Assembly (NCBI GenBank): GCA_963764725.1
Contig: CAVXTM010000012.1
Location: 288,001-352,000, forward strand
Reading direction: 5' to 3'
DNA length: 64,000 bases
From: an uncultured Gammaproteobacteria bacterium
GTDB lineage: Bacteria; Pseudomonadota; Gammaproteobacteria; JACCXJ01
In this document: in pieces, positions 1-9,831 of the stretch
How positions within the stretch are numbered: position 1 is the first letter of the stretch
How the letters are laid out: each line of letters opens with the position of its first letter
Position numbers and translations under genes: made by a program
Notes under the pieces: generated by a model
Seen by the model: only the letters and a program-made list of their open reading frames with translations
Told to the model about the DNA's origin: nothing
The model's database searches: none

Positions 1-1
1 C

Positions 2-1759
2 GAGCGACCAGACAAGGTTTTGCCGAATGTCGCCGTCAAGTCGGAGCAGGTCCTCCTTACTCAGGATACCTAGCACACGCCGTAACGCTTCGGCAGTGGC
101 TTGGGGATTCACTTCGACAAACGCGCGAAAGAGGAGTGAACCCCGGTCAGAAAGGATCACTTCCGCGCGGCCAAAAGGGCCTTGGACTCCGCAGACATCT
201 TGTGTAAGTTTCCTAACGTCTGGCAGGAAATCTAAGGTGCTGACGCGCGAACAGAAGCTATGTAAGAGACGTCCAGGCATGGGCTTGCCGATGAGATCGG
301 CCGCCTTTTCTGGCCTGATTCGCCTCCACCAGTCGGCCGCTAGCCTTACGGCTAGCGGTTTTGGGATTACCTGACCGTAGCGGCCCCGGATGTCAATAAT
401 GCCACGGTGTTTGAAGGCCATAACGTGCCTATGAAACTCGTTCACAGCCAGTGTCGAAACGTTTTCAGCAATAAACTCGCATTCCGCCCCAGCGTCGTCC
501 GACAAACCAAATGTCTCAAATAACGCGCAACCGCAAATTGCCTGGAGCGCCGCCTCATTCTGTAGTCCCGCACCCCATAGCATCTTTTTCAGGAGGTCAT
601 CGTCAGTAAGGCTGCCCATCTCCGGGTGCTCATTGAGCCGCGCGTCTGCTAGGAGCACTGCCATCTGTGGAAATCCTTGCGCGAACGACACGATTCGGTC
701 GAGATCTGGGATGGTGTCCTTGTAGTTCGGCTCAAGCATTTGCTTGATATGGCGATCGTCAAGCCGTTTGAGATCAATGGTGCGAGTAGCGGTGTCCCGT
801 TCCGGGTTATAGTCCAAGGTTAAAAGGCTGAGCTGGCTATCTGTTCTCTGAAATTGGGCTGCTAACCTCTTGTGGAGCCCGAGCTCGCAATTATCGACAA
901 CGACGATACCCTCGCGCTTAGAACGCACCCAGTCGCTAACGTGATTAACGAGGCTCGTCCCTCCATCGGAGGCATCTATATATACAACCTGCTGCGAGAG
1001 ACTGTCTTGCTCATCTGTTGGACGGAACAGCTCCAGAGCCAATCTCGTTTTTCCAAGTCCCGAGAGCCCGATAATGCGCGCCACACTTCTTGGCGACGCC
1101 ATCTCTCGCCTGAGTTGCTCTATGGCTTCAACTCTTGACCCATCTGCAACAAAGGCGAACTGAGCGTATTCTTGCCCCCTGCTCCACTCCGGCCATGCTC
1201 GCATTCCTGCTACAAGGGGACGATTCACCCAGTTCGCAACAGCGGCGACGGCAGGTAGGTACGTGTTTACCCAATCTTGGATTCTGTTAGCGTCATAAAC
1301 GTCGATGATGGCGGTTTCAGTGTACGGCTTTTTTAAATCGCTTGACTTTTTGCGTATCGCGGCAATTCTGGCACTTTTCTGTTGCTTGTTGAGTGGGCAG
1401 TTGGTGAAAAGCACATACGACCCCCCAGCGGCAAGCGCACCCTCAACCATTGGTTTCAGCTTCCCTCGATTATCAACAAGCTCGTTTGCGCATACCCTCG
1501 GCCCCATTCTTGTTGCCTTGACCTGAAACTGGACGAGCCGATGCGGTAAATAATTGGTGCTATCAGGGCCCCCTTTCCATTCAATGCGGCCATCCTCACC
1601 TCCATCGGAAACGTCGATGTTCAGTGAGACCTCTACGGCGCGCTGTGCAATTCCTGCGGAACGCGCCTCAAGGTTAAGCAACCGCTTCAATACATCCGTG
1701 AGCTGAACGTCATTCAGGAGTTCAATCGAGCTTACTGCAACTTCTAGCAATCCCGCCAT
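2..1759 (-). CDS. STAND-class P-loop NTPase with N-terminal Mrr-like PD-(D/E)xK nuclease domain (Avs/NLR-like antiviral protein); 3' end outside the window
   Basis: Hand translation from ATG 1759 (MAGLLEVAVSSIELLNDVQL...) stays in one frame to the edge. Motifs: nuclease-like IDVSDGGEDG...QFQVK, Walker A IIGLSGLGKT (~1045-1075), Walker B GIVVVDNC (~885-910), STAND GxP motif FAQGFPQM (~665-685). Absent from the ORF track because there is no stop codon in the window. Confidence 0.85.
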   Translation of the reverse strand, partial: MAGLLEVAVSSIELLNDVQLTDVLKRLLNLEARSAGIAQRAVEVSLNIDVSDGGEDGRIEWKGGPDSTNYLPHRLVQFQVKATRMGPRVCANELVDNRGKLKPMVEGALAAGGSYVLFTNCPLNKQQKSARIAAIRKKSSDLKKPYTETAIIDVYDANRIQDWVNTYLPAVAAVANWVNRPLVAGMRAWPEWSRGQEYAQFAFVADGSRVEAIEQLRREMASPRSVARIIGLSGLGKTRLALELFRPTDEQDSLSQQVVYIDASDGGTSLVNHVSDWVRSKREGIVVVDNCELGLHKRLAAQFQRTDSQLSLLTLDYNPERDTATRTIDLKRLDDRHIKQMLEPNYKDTIPDLDRIVSFAQGFPQMAVLLADARLNEHPEMGSLTDDDLLKKMLWGAGLQNEAALQAICGCALFETFGLSDDAGAECEFIAENVSTLAVNEFHRHVMAFKHRGIIDIRGRYGQVIPKPLAVRLAADWWRRIRPEKAADLIGKPMPGRLLHSFCSRVSTLDFLPDVRKLTQDVCGVQGPFGRAEVILSDRGSLLFRAFVEVNPQATAEALRRVLGILSKEDLLRLDGDIRQNLVWSL

Positions 1760-2045
1760 CTCAACACCTTCTGCGCTTGACTCGTCTTCTAGGGTTAGAT
1801 CATTGATATTTCCAGCAAAACTCAGGGCCCCTCTGGCTCGGTTTTCCGCGAGAGATAACAGATCACCAAATGCCAGACTGCGATTATCTTCCGCGTGATC
1901 AGCCAGACCAAGCCCTTGGCAATGATTATCATTGAATGACGCGCTAAGAAGCCGGCGTGGCCCTGGTACTGATAAGCGAATCATTGGCAAGCTAGCGAAC
2001 CGGCGCTATGCTGCGCTTGATCGCTCTAGTTGGAGCTAGAAACCC

Positions 2046-2615
2046 GTGACCACCGGCGCCCAAACTCTTTATCAACGTCATCGTCTCACGGTGGCCGAAT
2101 ACCACCGCATGGGGCAAACGGGCGTCTTTTCCGAGAATGACCGGGTGGAATTGATCGAAGGGGATATCGTCGATATGGCGCCGATTGGGAGCTCGCACGC
2201 TGGAACAGTTAAGTATTTAATCAAAATTTTGAATGTCGCTGTTGGAGAGCATGCGATTGTTTCAGCACAAGATCCCCTCGTGTTGGACCGCCATTCCGAA
2301 CCGCAACCCGACATCGCCCTCCTCAAACCGCGTACGGATTTCTATCGTACGGCGCACCCGCGCCCCGAGGATGTGCTGCTCCTCGTCGAGGTCGCGGACA
2401 CCACACTGCGCTACGACCGCGAGGTCAAGCTGCCTCTCTATGCCCGTCACCGTATCCCTGAGGTCTGGATCGTGGACCTGGAGAACCACGGCTTGTGCGT
2501 ATATCGCGACCCTGCTGAGGCAGGCTATCGGGAGGCGCAAACGATCGAGCGACCAGGGATAGTCGTTCCCGTCACACTGCCGGACATTTCTATCGACTTG
2601 AGCGGGTTGTTTTAG
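2046..2615 (+). CDS. Uma2/DUF820 family endonuclease
   Basis: RLTVAEYHRM...RVELIEG..MAPIGSSH, SEPQPDIALL, LLVEVADTTLRYDREVKLPLYA..IPEVWIVDL are family signatures. Confidence 0.92.
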   Translation: MTTGAQTLYQRHRLTVAEYHRMGQTGVFSENDRVELIEGDIVDMAPIGSSHAGTVKYLIKILNVAVGEHAIVSAQDPLVLDRHSEPQPDIALLKPRTDFYRTAHPRPEDVLLLVEVADTTLRYDREVKLPLYARHRIPEVWIVDLENHGLCVYRDPAEAGYREAQTIERPGIVVPVTLPDISIDLSGLF

Positions 2616-2817
2616 CCGGCCAACGCCACGATTTTCCGCGCTTCTTCCGTTATTGCGCTTGCGCGCGATGCCGGCCGGAGCACCTTGACAGCGCTCCCGA
2701 AGCTGAGTAGCCACCCGAGGATCCGGGGTATCCGCGAAGTTTAGGGTCATCGTGAGCATCCGCACGGTGTGGGTCTCTCTTTTTAATCACAACCTAACAC
2801 CCTGTATCATCGCCGTT

Positions 2818-4992
2818 ATGCTCAAGGACAATTCCGCGGACCACGAGCGCTTGTCGGGGACCATCGAGCGAGTGACCTTCCATAGCCCCGAGAGCGGCTT
2901 CTGCGTTCTGCGCGTGACTGTCCGGGGGCAGCGGGATCTGGTGACGGTCGTGGGCAGCGCCGCGGCGGTCCATCCGGGGGAGTTCCTCGAAAGCACGGGT
3001 CATTGGATCAACGACGCCACCTACGGCCGGCAGTTTCGCGCCGCGGAGTTGCGCATCGTTCCTCCGAGCACGCTCGAAGGTATCGAGAAATACCTCGCTT
3101 CGGGCATGATCCGGGGCATCGGCCCGCACTTCGCCAAGGTGCTCATCGAAGCGCTCGGTGAGCGGGTGTTCGATGTGTTCGAGTGCGAGCCCGAGCGGCT
3201 AAGGAAATTGCCCGGCATTGGTCCCAAGCGGCAAGAGCGGATCCTCGGCGCGTGGGCCGAGCAGAAGGCGGTGCGCGAAATCATGGTGTTCTTGCGATCC
3301 TATGGGATCGGCACCAGCCGCGCCGTACGGATTTACAGGACCTACGGGGAGGCCGCCGTCGAGCGCGTGCGCGAGAATCCCTATCGACTGGCACTCGACA
3401 TCCACGGCATCGGCTTCAAGAGCGCCGATACCTTAGCGCAAAAGATCGGGATCCCCTCCGACTCGCAAATGCGGGCTCAGGCCGGTGTCCGCCATGTCCT
3501 TCAGGAACAAGCGGGCGCGGGGCATTGCGCCATGTCGCGCGAAACCTTGGCGGATGCCGCGGTCACGCTGCTCGAGATCCCGCGACCCGTCATAGAAGCT
3601 GCGGTGGATGACGAGATCCGGGAAGGGAATCTCATTGCGGAACCGATCGACACCGTGGACGCGGTTTATCTGGGCGCGTTGCATGATGCGGAAACGGGCG
3701 TTGCCGCTCATCTGCGGCGCTTGCTCCACGGGCCGCCGGCCTGGGGGATCATCGATGCGGAGAAAGCCCTTCCCTGGGTTGAAGAGCGCTCGCGCATCAC
3801 CTTCTCGGCGTCCCAGCGCGCGGCGTTCGCGACCATAATGAATAGCAAAGTCTCCGTGCTCACCGGCGGCCCCGGTTGCGGCAAAACGACCCTGGTCAAA
3901 AGCGTGTTGCTCGCGCTGCGTGCCAAAAGCGCGCGCTTCCTGCTCTGCGCTCCGACCGGCCGGGCGGCGCAGCGGCTGGCGGAATCCACCGGTTATGACG
4001 CCCGTACGATCCATCGGTTGCTGGAGTTCGATCCGAAGTTCCGCGGCTTCAAGCGCAACGCCGAGCACCGGCTCGATGCGGACCTCCTGGTGGTGGATGA
4101 GGTCTCGATGGTGGATGTGGTCTTGATGCATCAGCTTCTGAAAGCGGCGCCTCACGCATGCGCGCTGCTCTTGGTCGGCGACGTCCACCAACTCCCTTCG
4201 GTCGGTCCCGGCGCTGTGCTGGCCGATATCATCGCATCACGGCGCGTTGCGACCGTGGAGCTTACCGAGATCTTCCGTCAAGCCGCGCAATCGCGGATCA
4301 TCGTCAACGCCCACCGCATCCACCAAGGTCAGTTGCCCGAATACCCCCCCGCGGGCGAGCCGAGCGATTTCTATTTTCTCCCCGCGTCATCGACCGAGGC
4401 GATCCACGACAAGCTCATCGAGTCGGTGGCCGAACGCATTCCCAAGCGCTTCGGCTTGGATCCGGTTCGCGATCTCCAAGTCCTTACTCCCATGAACCGT
4501 GGCACGCTCGGCACCCGCGCGTTGAACGCCGCGCTCCAGGCCCGGCTCAATGCCACAGGCGCGCCCGCCGTCGAACGCTTCGGCTCACGCTTCACGCCGG
4601 GGGATAAGATCATTCAAATGGTGAACAACTACGATAAGGACGTTTTCAATGGCGATATCGGACGCATCACCCATATCGATCTCGACGAGGGCGTGCTCAG
4701 CGCCGGTTTCAATGGTAGAGAGGTTGAGTACGACTTCGGGGAGCTCGACGAGATCGTTCTTGCCTATGCGTGCTCGATCCACAAGAGCCAAGGCTCGGAG
4801 TTTCCGGCGGTGGTCGTACCCCTGGCTACCCAGCACTACCCGATGCTCGAACGCAATCTCTTGTATACCGCGGTCACGCGCGGTAAGCGCTTGGTTGTGG
4901 TCATCGGCCAACCGCAGGCTCTCGCCATTGCCGTAAATACCGTCAAGGCGGCCCGGCGGCTCACCGGCCTCGCGCAACGCTTGTCCCGTTGA
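2818..4992 (+). CDS. recD2: ATP-dependent RecD2-family DNA helicase
   Basis: N-terminal GTIERVTFHSPESGFCVLRV, HhH LPGIGPK, ENPYRL, Walker A GGPGCGKT, DEVSM, GDVHQLPSVGPG, LTEIFRQ, HKSQGSEF, LLYTAVTRG. Start taken at ATG 2818. Confidence 0.95.
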   Translation: MLKDNSADHERLSGTIERVTFHSPESGFCVLRVTVRGQRDLVTVVGSAAAVHPGEFLESTGHWINDATYGRQFRAAELRIVPPSTLEGIEKYLASGMIRGIGPHFAKVLIEALGERVFDVFECEPERLRKLPGIGPKRQERILGAWAEQKAVREIMVFLRSYGIGTSRAVRIYRTYGEAAVERVRENPYRLALDIHGIGFKSADTLAQKIGIPSDSQMRAQAGVRHVLQEQAGAGHCAMSRETLADAAVTLLEIPRPVIEAAVDDEIREGNLIAEPIDTVDAVYLGALHDAETGVAAHLRRLLHGPPAWGIIDAEKALPWVEERSRITFSASQRAAFATIMNSKVSVLTGGPGCGKTTLVKSVLLALRAKSARFLLCAPTGRAAQRLAESTGYDARTIHRLLEFDPKFRGFKRNAEHRLDADLLVVDEVSMVDVVLMHQLLKAAPHACALLLVGDVHQLPSVGPGAVLADIIASRRVATVELTEIFRQAAQSRIIVNAHRIHQGQLPEYPPAGEPSDFYFLPASSTEAIHDKLIESVAERIPKRFGLDPVRDLQVLTPMNRGTLGTRALNAALQARLNATGAPAVERFGSRFTPGDKIIQMVNNYDKDVFNGDIGRITHIDLDEGVLSAGFNGREVEYDFGELDEIVLAYACSIHKSQGSEFPAVVVPLATQHYPMLERNLLYTAVTRGKRLVVVIGQPQALAIAVNTVKAARRLTGLAQRLSR

Positions 4993-5143
4993 GGCGTTTT
5001 CAGTATGTTGATGAAGCGACTCGTTTCGATCTTGGCTTATGCCCTACTGGCGAATGCATCGGGCAGGCGCGATACTAACGTACCGTGAGAGGTACCCGTT
5101 GAGCTTATTTTTGGCAAGATCGTTCTGACAGGGAAACACTTCC

Positions 5144-6106
5144 ATGCATGCCACGTTGCAATTGCTTGAAAGAATGGATTTTCCTCCCATTCGCCGCAAG
5201 CGGCTCGATACCCTACAGGTCAACCTCGGCTATCGATGCAACCAGACATGTGTCCATTGTCATGTCAACGCCGGTCCGAATCGTATCGAGGAAATGAGCC
5301 GCGAGACCATCGATGAGGTGATCGCTTTCTTAGAGGTGTCGAATATCAAGACCCTGGATGTCACCGGTGGTGCGCCGGAGTTAAATCCGCATTTCCGCGA
5401 CCTGGTATGCACTGCTCGCCGGCTAGGCGTACAGGTCATCGATCGTTGTAACCTGACTATTCTGGAGCAACCCGCACAGGAGGATCTGGCCGACTTTCTC
5501 GCGGCCCAGGGTGTCGAAATCACCGCCTCGCTCCCTTGTTACCTTGCGGATAATGTGGATCGGCAGCGCGGTGCCGGGGTATTCGACGCCAGCATACGCG
5601 CCTTGCTAAAGCTCAATGCCCTCGGCTATGGCGTGCCCGACACCAATCTCCTACTGAATCTGGTCTATAACCCGCAGGGTCCCAGCCTGCCGCCCCCACA
5701 AGCGATGTTGGAGGAGTCTTACCGCAAGCATCTCGACGAGCGATTCGGGATCGTCTTCAACCGGATCTATACCCTCACCAATATGCCGATCCAGCGTTTT
5801 GGCAGCCTGCTCATCTCCAAGGGCCAGTTCAACCCTTATATGCAGTTGCTGCGTCACGCGCACCAGGAGGCGAATCTGGAGGCGGTAATGTGCCGGTCGC
5901 TCATCAGCGTGGACTGGCAGGGCTATGTCTACGATTGCGACTTCAATCAGATGTTGGGCCTACCGCTGCGTGTGGCGGACAAACGGCGCCACCGCCTGTA
6001 TGAGCTAATTGAGATCGATCTCGAAGGGAATCCCATCCGGGTGGCCGGCCATTGTTATGGATGTACCGCGGGAGCCGGCAGTAGTTGCGGCGGAGCCTTG
6101 AGTTAA
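5144..6106 (+). CDS. arsS: Radical SAM protein, ArsS-like (Cys-rich DUF3641 C-terminus)
   Basis: CNQTCVHC radical SAM motif, DVTGGAPELNP, YDCDFNQML, C-terminal HCYGCTAGAGSSCGG. Confidence 0.85.
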   Translation: MHATLQLLERMDFPPIRRKRLDTLQVNLGYRCNQTCVHCHVNAGPNRIEEMSRETIDEVIAFLEVSNIKTLDVTGGAPELNPHFRDLVCTARRLGVQVIDRCNLTILEQPAQEDLADFLAAQGVEITASLPCYLADNVDRQRGAGVFDASIRALLKLNALGYGVPDTNLLLNLVYNPQGPSLPPPQAMLEESYRKHLDERFGIVFNRIYTLTNMPIQRFGSLLISKGQFNPYMQLLRHAHQEANLEAVMCRSLISVDWQGYVYDCDFNQMLGLPLRVADKRRHRLYELIEIDLEGNPIRVAGHCYGCTAGAGSSCGGALS

Positions 6107-6353
6107 GATAAGACCTGGGGGCGTGCTAGCAGCATGGCCCAGAGATAGCCAGCAAGGGGACGTGGGGCGGCAAGCGCATCGCGCCCTTCGGTCGCCGTCG
6201 GGAGAGACGCGTCATGGACAGGTCCCGCCATCGGGAGCCCAGCGCGGACGGTCGCTGCGGCACGGATGCCTGTGGTAGTATTAACGACGCTGGGGATGCA
6301 AGCCTCTGCGCACGCTTGTCACCGCTATTTTCAATAATTCAGGAGAGACAAAA

Positions 6354-6842
6354 ATGTTCAAGAAAAACGCTATATTTTCTTTAGTGTCCGCCACGGCCAT
6401 GTTGCTTCTGCCCCTCACTCAGGCGGAAGCAGGCACCGAACTCGGGATCCTGACCTGCAAAAAGATCCCAGGCTCGGAAAAAAACCTCTTGATCCACTCG
6501 AGTGCGGGATTTAACTGCGTGTATAAGACCCCGGCTGGTTTCCAAGAAAAGTACAAAGGCGAGGCTGGCATTGCCCTCGGCCTGGACCTGAGCTGGACGA
6601 AGGAAGACACCATTGCCTATACGGTGATGGGAGTGGCTGAGGGCACCAAATTGCCGCCCGGTGCGTTCGTCGGCACTTACACGGGGGGAACCGCCTCGGC
6701 GGCATTTGGCCTCGGTGTAGGCGCCAAGGTGCTGGTGGGTGGCGGAAATTCCAATGTTGCCCTCAGTCCCCTGGCCTTGGAGGCAAGCAAGGGATTCGGA
6801 GCCTCCGCAGGGATCGGCTATCTCACGTTGGTGAAAGAATAA
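6354..6842 (+). CDS. Exported DUF992-family protein
   Basis: Signal peptide (AEA), GILTC...LIHSS...C, GLDL, YTGGTASAAFGLGVGAKVLVGG..VALSPL; RBS AGGAG upstream. Confidence 0.8.
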   Translation: MFKKNAIFSLVSATAMLLLPLTQAEAGTELGILTCKKIPGSEKNLLIHSSAGFNCVYKTPAGFQEKYKGEAGIALGLDLSWTKEDTIAYTVMGVAEGTKLPPGAFVGTYTGGTASAAFGLGVGAKVLVGGGNSNVALSPLALEASKGFGASAGIGYLTLVKE

Positions 6843-7042
6843 GTTTTTCCGTAAACCCGCGTATAGATGGACCCCAGCCGGTTTGCAAGGCGAGAAACGC
6901 CGATAGCCGATTCACGGAAAGACTGCACGCATATATCCGGCCTTTTAATGAGCACGGTGTCGGGCTCTGAACCTGCGGGCGAAACGTGACACAGCGCTAT
7001 TTGTTGTTTCAAACTTGGCGTGATCTGCGCAAACGACCCGCC

Positions 7043-7801
7043 TCACCCGCACTTCGGCTCCCGGCCCCGGGCCCGCGCCTGCTCGTACAGGGGCACTGCC
7101 TGCGGCAAGCGGCTCTCTAGGTCGCGAATACGGGTATCGCTGGAAGGGTGCGTTGACAGGATCTCCGGTGGTGTGGCACTGCCTTGCCTGGACATGTTGA
7201 CCCAGAGCTTCGGCGCTTCGCGCGGATCGAAGCCGGCCTGCGCCATGTACTGCAAGCCGAGGACGTCGGCCTCGCTCTCGTCGCCGCGCGAGTACGGCAA
7301 GAGAACCAAGAGATTGGCACCGACGCCGATCAATTGCGGGTCGATACCAGTGGCGCTCCCGAGCACGGAGGCGCCGAGCTGTGCCGCAAGGTCGTTCGAC
7401 ACACGTGCGGCGGAGTGGCCGGCGATGACGTGTGCCACCTCGTGGCCGATCACGGCCGCGAGTTGATCCGGGTTTTCGGTCACCTTAAGAAGACCCGTGT
7501 AGACGCCGATCTTGCCGCCCGGCAGCGCGAAGGCGTTGACCTCTTTGCTTTCGAATACCAGGACTTCCCACCGCTGACCAGGTGCCACCGCGCGCGTAAT
7601 GGCATCGGCCACGCAACCCACGTAGCGCGAGACTTTCGCATCCGAGGCCTGCGGCGTCTTCTGTTGGAGCGCCGCGAAAGCGGTGGTGCCCATCTGCGCC
7701 ATCTGCGCGTCGGACACCAACCGCAACTGCGAGCGGCCGGTAGGCGAGGTGGCGCACGCCACGGCTATCAGGGCAAAAACGGTGACGATGATCCAGCGCA
7801 T
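7043..7801 (-). CDS. M48 family metallopeptidase lipoprotein (LoiP/YggG-like)
   Basis: Lipobox LIAVAC, NAFALPGGKIGVYTG, HEVAH, YSRGDESEAD, LSTHP. Confidence 0.92.
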   Translation of the reverse strand: MRWIIVTVFALIAVACATSPTGRSQLRLVSDAQMAQMGTTAFAALQQKTPQASDAKVSRYVGCVADAITRAVAPGQRWEVLVFESKEVNAFALPGGKIGVYTGLLKVTENPDQLAAVIGHEVAHVIAGHSAARVSNDLAAQLGASVLGSATGIDPQLIGVGANLLVLLPYSRGDESEADVLGLQYMAQAGFDPREAPKLWVNMSRQGSATPPEILSTHPSSDTRIRDLESRLPQAVPLYEQARARGREPKCG

Positions 7802-8003
7802 GGGGCCTCTATTCAATAGGCAACTATGTCCATCATAGTTTACCGCTACGCGAAACGCGATCGACCTCGCCGCTTCGTGCTGGCGGCTATGCTCCGTTTC
7901 TCGATGGTGGTGTTCTTGATTGCTATCGCACTTTATACTAAGGTTTCTGCCGGAGGATCCGTTGGATACTGTCCTGTCTAACCCCCACCGGGAGTTCGCT
8001 TCT

Positions 8004-9143
8004 ATGCTCGCGGGCACGGTGCTACGCGGTCAGGGACGGTTGCGGCCCGACCTCGATCGCCCTGAAAGGGTCCGCACGGTGAACGAAAGCGGCGATGCCG
8101 TCTCGCTCAACCTCGTGCCCTTCCGCGCTCCGCTCTCGAAAGCGACCGCGGCCGCGTTTTTCACCGGAGTGCGATCGCTAGAGCAACTGTTCAGCGCTTA
8201 CCGGGAGGCCGCCAAGGCGCTGCCGTTCGAGACCGATCTTGCGGAGGCGCGCGAGCGCTTGCATCCCTTCGCCGATGCCTTCATGCAAACGCTGTTTGAG
8301 GAGGCGAAGCGGTCGTTACAGGACAGCGACGCGGTGCGGATCGCGCAGTGGGTGCGCCACTTCGATATTTACGTGGCGGTGAAAGTGGTCGAGTCGCTGC
8401 TCAACAGTAAAGCCGATCTGGCCTTGCTGGAAGTGGCCGAGGAACGCGGCTGGTTCGTGCACTTCGATCACCTCGCCATCCGCTGCGGCTCGTCCGAAAC
8501 CCGCGCCGCCGCGCGCGTCGCCGAGATCCTCCAGCGCGCGCACGGCTATGTTGCTTCACAAGTCGACGAGGAGGTCTTCTATCAATTTGCCGATGGCTGG
8601 AGCGCCTATCTCCTGTATAAGATGCTGGATAACGGCCAGGTGCTGCGACTGTTCATCGATCAGTCCGATGCCGGCCATCCGGCCCAGATCATTCAGCACT
8701 GGAACCATGTATACGGTTACACCGCGCACCATCTGGCGATGCGAGCGACGCGCCTGGAGGCAGGCAGGCGCGTCGCCGTGACGCTCGATGAGATGATCGA
8801 GGCACTCTCGAACCGAGGCATCGGCATCATGGAAGCGACCGGTCATTACACGGAAGGCTTGCTGCTCCAGGTGTTCACACGGCCGGAACGGGCGGCACGC
8901 ATTCCCGAGACGATCAAAGAACTTCTCGCGGCCTATGGCGCGGGGCTCGAAACGAAGATCGAAAATGCGAAGCTTTTGGAACTGGTGTCGCGCAAGGAGA
9001 TGCCTTTGGACCTTGCACAACGTTTGTACGGCCTGTATGGACTCGACTATGAGATTAATAACCCACTGCATTCGGCGCCCGTCTACCCGTATTTCCTACC
9101 CGAGCAGGCCGCCCACGTGATTCGCACCTCGCTCCTCACCTAG
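8004..9143 (+). CDS. Uncharacterised VOC-superfamily protein with HPPD-like metal-binding motifs
   Basis: FDHLAIR, AHHLAMR, LLLQVFTRP and LLELVSR parallel the DH, QH, LLQIFT and FFEIIQR motifs of 4-hydroxyphenylpyruvate dioxygenases. GGAG precedes ATG 8004. Confidence 0.55.
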   Translation: MLAGTVLRGQGRLRPDLDRPERVRTVNESGDAVSLNLVPFRAPLSKATAAAFFTGVRSLEQLFSAYREAAKALPFETDLAEARERLHPFADAFMQTLFEEAKRSLQDSDAVRIAQWVRHFDIYVAVKVVESLLNSKADLALLEVAEERGWFVHFDHLAIRCGSSETRAAARVAEILQRAHGYVASQVDEEVFYQFADGWSAYLLYKMLDNGQVLRLFIDQSDAGHPAQIIQHWNHVYGYTAHHLAMRATRLEAGRRVAVTLDEMIEALSNRGIGIMEATGHYTEGLLLQVFTRPERAARIPETIKELLAAYGAGLETKIENAKLLELVSRKEMPLDLAQRLYGLYGLDYEINNPLHSAPVYPYFLPEQAAHVIRTSLLT

Positions 9144-9213
9144 TCCAATACACACGGATCGAGCGGGTCGAGCAGCGTCCGCGCGAGGATCTTTTTTTGT
9201 ACGGAGGCCGACC

Positions 9214-9831
9214 ATGTTTGATAAGCGCACACACACCGAAGTCGCGATCGCCGATCTAATCGCGCGGCGTTGGAGCGGCCGGGCCTTTGATCCCGCCCGG
9301 CCGGTGCCTCGCAGCCAGCTCATTGCCTTGCTGGAGGCCGCGCGCTGGGCGCCGTCTTGTTTTGGTGAGCAGCCTTGGCGCTACATCGTGTGGGATCGGT
9401 TTGCCGATCCCCATCTATGGGACCGGGCTATTGCAACGCTGTCGGACGGTAATCAAGCCTGGGCCAAGGCGGCGCCGGTGCTGATGCTGGCGCTGGCCGC
9501 CGAGGCCTTTCAGCGTGACTCAAAGCCGAACCGCTGGGGGCAGTATGACACCGGGGCGGCGACGATGAACCTGTGCTTGCAAGCCACGGCGCTGGGGTTA
9601 ATGGTTAACCAGATGGGCGGGTTCGATCCGAGGAAGGCTCAAGAAAATTTCAGCCTCCCTGCTGGATTCACGCCGATGGCGATGATCGCGATCGGTTACC
9701 AGTTGCCGCAAGAAGCGATACCCGAAGCACTTAAAGAGCGCGAGCACGCGCCCCGCATGCGGCGCCCGCTCGGCGAGACTTTCTTCTACGGACGCTGGGG
9801 GGAGGCGATCATTGATCCGGCTTGCGAGTGA
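9214..9831 (+). CDS. Nitroreductase family protein
   Basis: RRWSGRAF, LLEAARWAPSCFGEQPWRY, YDTGAA, QMGGFD. Confidence 0.92.
   Translation: MFDKRTHTEVAIADLIARRWSGRAFDPARPVPRSQLIALLEAARWAPSCFGEQPWRYIVWDRFADPHLWDRAIATLSDGNQAWAKAAPVLMLALAAEAFQRDSKPNRWGQYDTGAATMNLCLQATALGLMVNQMGGFDPRKAQENFSLPAGFTPMAMIAIGYQLPQEAIPEALKEREHAPRMRRPLGETFFYGRWGEAIIDPACE

Noticed and set aside
27-1526. Plus-strand ORFs 27-374, 872-1138 and 1305-1526
   Set aside because: They are shadows of the long minus-strand STAND gene and have no recognisable motifs.
6040-6106. Selenocysteine in the ArsS C-terminal SSCGG motif
   Set aside because: The codon is TGC (Cys) and the ORF ends at TAA.
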